Assembly: GCA_964016885.1 (NCBI GenBank)
Contig: OZ024741.1
Span: 119,412,001 to 119,476,000 of the forward strand
DNA length: 64,000 nt
Direction of reading: 5' to 3'
Origin: Eledone cirrhosa
Taxonomy: Eukaryota
Of this stretch, positions 62,227 to 64,000 are shown piece after piece (the stretch's first letter is position 1; each line of letters opens with the position of its first letter). The notes beneath the pieces are model-generated. The model had not been told where the DNA came from and did not search any database. It worked only from the letters and a program-made list of their open reading frames with translations. The translations under genes were made by a program, and so were the position numbers.

Positions 62227-62286
62227 TACATACAAAATGTACAACACAAGATGTACAATACATACATAAAGATGATCAATACATAC

Positions 62287-62370
62287 TATTGCTTGGCTTC
62301 ACCAATTTACGAGTAGACATGTTGTCCACAAGGAAGAAACGTCTGGTTAAAATCCACTTGTCCACACTTC
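62287..62370 (-). CDS. TMEM67: TMEM67 coding exon (SVDKWILTRRFFLVDNMSTRKLVKPSN); the gene continues beyond the window
   Basis: ttcAG/GTatgt borders, 84 nt, phase 1 to 1; WxLTRRxFLVD is a meckelin signature. Confidence 0.93.
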
Positions 62371-62546
62371 CTGAAAATACAACAATAACTCTATGCACTC
62401 TGTAAAGTAGTAGAGCTGGTACTACGATATAATGCACCCAGTACACTCTGAAAAGTGGTTTGCATTATGAGGGACACCCATAATAGAACCCATGCCAAAA
62501 TGGAATATATGAACATGATTATCTGTCCTGTCATAGTCTCAGAATA

Positions 62547-62755
62547 GCCCAGGTTAATAACAGTAAGATGTGGCACAGGCTAAATAACAAGAGGATGTGG
62601 CCCAGGTTAAATAACAAGAGGATGTGGCCCAGGTTGAATAACAACAGGATGTGGCCCAGGTTAAATAACAAGAGGATGTGGCCCAAGTTGAATAACAACA
62701 GGATGTGATGCCTGCTAAATAACAAGATCAGGGCCCGGCTAAATAACAAGACGGA
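62547..62755. repeat. 27-bp minisatellite (GCCCAGGTTAAATAACAAGAGGATGTG)
   Basis: About 7 degenerating copies. Confidence 0.9.
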
Positions 62756-63926
62756 TGGGGATGGGTGGGGGTACACACACACATAAAAACTCAAAACAGA
62801 CCTTTGTTGACTCTGTGATTATTTTCTCCAATGAAATTTTCAATGGCAACTGGAATGGCATAAAGCCGCTTCTCTCCTTTAAAAACGTACTGAATATCTC
62901 AATAGATTAAAGAAATATAATTAAAACAAAAAACAGACTGCTTTCTGGCCCTGGTGGGAAACAGCCTCTCTCAAAATTAAAGGAAGGTGAATTTTTTTTT
63001 TTTGAGAGAGAGAGATAAGAGAGTATCAGATACCTACAGGCCTCTCTTTAGTTCTCCAGATCCTGGATCAGTATGCCTCTTAAATGTGATGAGGATATGG
63101 CGCACCTATTTAAAACTGGGGTACAAGTGTTTTATAGTCATTTTCTCTTGCTGACACGATGATGGGCTTCATAATCTTAATGGGGTCCTTTCTGAAGTAG
63201 TGTGATTGGAAAGCCTTCCTGGTACTAACACTTTTAGTCACATCTAACGACACACAAGGATATGGTGTACCAATTTAAAATTGAGATATAAACATTGATT
63301 TGTATATGTAGTGCTGGTACCACAATAAAATGTAGCCAGCCTAATCAATAAAGTGGCAATGCTGGTGCCATGATAAAAAGCACCCAGTCCACTCTGAAAG
63401 TTGGTGGTGCTTCAATCACAATAACATGTTCCAAGTACGCACTGTAAAATGTTTAATATTAGAAAGAGCATCCAGCTGTAGAGACCAACCCAAAAATGGA
63501 GCATACAAGCAGGACATAATCACCTGTGTAGCTTCAATGCATGGAAAATAGACGTTAAACACGGATGATGATGATACAAACATTAAAATGTATATGTAAC
63601 AGCAATCACTAATAATGCTAGTAAAAGCAAAATATTAAACTAAAGAATGACAATATCATTGAGAGGGTTGTAAATATTTACAACATCAGTTTATGACAGA
63701 ACTATAATATCAAGAGAACAGGACAGCAAATATATTAATATAACTTTCTTTCAATCAAGATTTCCCGACCATGCAAGACATAAAAGATAAATTATACCAA
63801 TGGCTTCAAAAGTGAGCAATACTGCTACTTCGGAGACAGGGGAATTTATCTAGTAAGTCTCTTTTGTCAAAGAATGCTGGGTAATCTAGTTTGGAATAGA
63901 TACTCCATATCCCATCAAATTGTACT

Positions 63927-64000
63927 TGCATGGATGAACTGAGGGAGAAACTGGGTTTAAGAGGAATCAGAAGTAGTGTGCAAGAGAGGAGACTGCATCG
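63927..64000 (+). mobile_element. RTE fragment running off the window
   Basis: Encodes MDELREKLGLRGIRSSVQERRL. Confidence 0.75.

Overview
AT-rich, repeat-dense animal genomic DNA, most likely an octopus/coleoid cephalopod (inferred from the SINE and RTE families and the microsatellite load; not proven). The only host gene I can support is the 3' half of TMEM67 (meckelin/MKS3) on the minus strand. It has 10 coding exons between 62370 and the stop at 2433, all with GT-AG borders and consistent phases. One intron (22026-58317, about 36 kb) and the neighbouring intron (13448-21601) are packed with mobile DNA. There are three RTE-clade LINE families (A, B, C; one intact 1039-aa ORF at 49274-52393), all carrying a PHD-type C4HC3 finger inside the RT domain. 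There are also four different Penelope-like or pLTR-like elements with minimal hammerhead ribozymes, all antisense to the host gene. Other repeats include tRNA-derived SINEs sharing modules with the LINEs, Helitron, hAT, piggyBac-like and mariner remnants, several fold-back inverted duplications and minisatellites. Most short ORFs in the track are antisense shadows or microsatellite translations.
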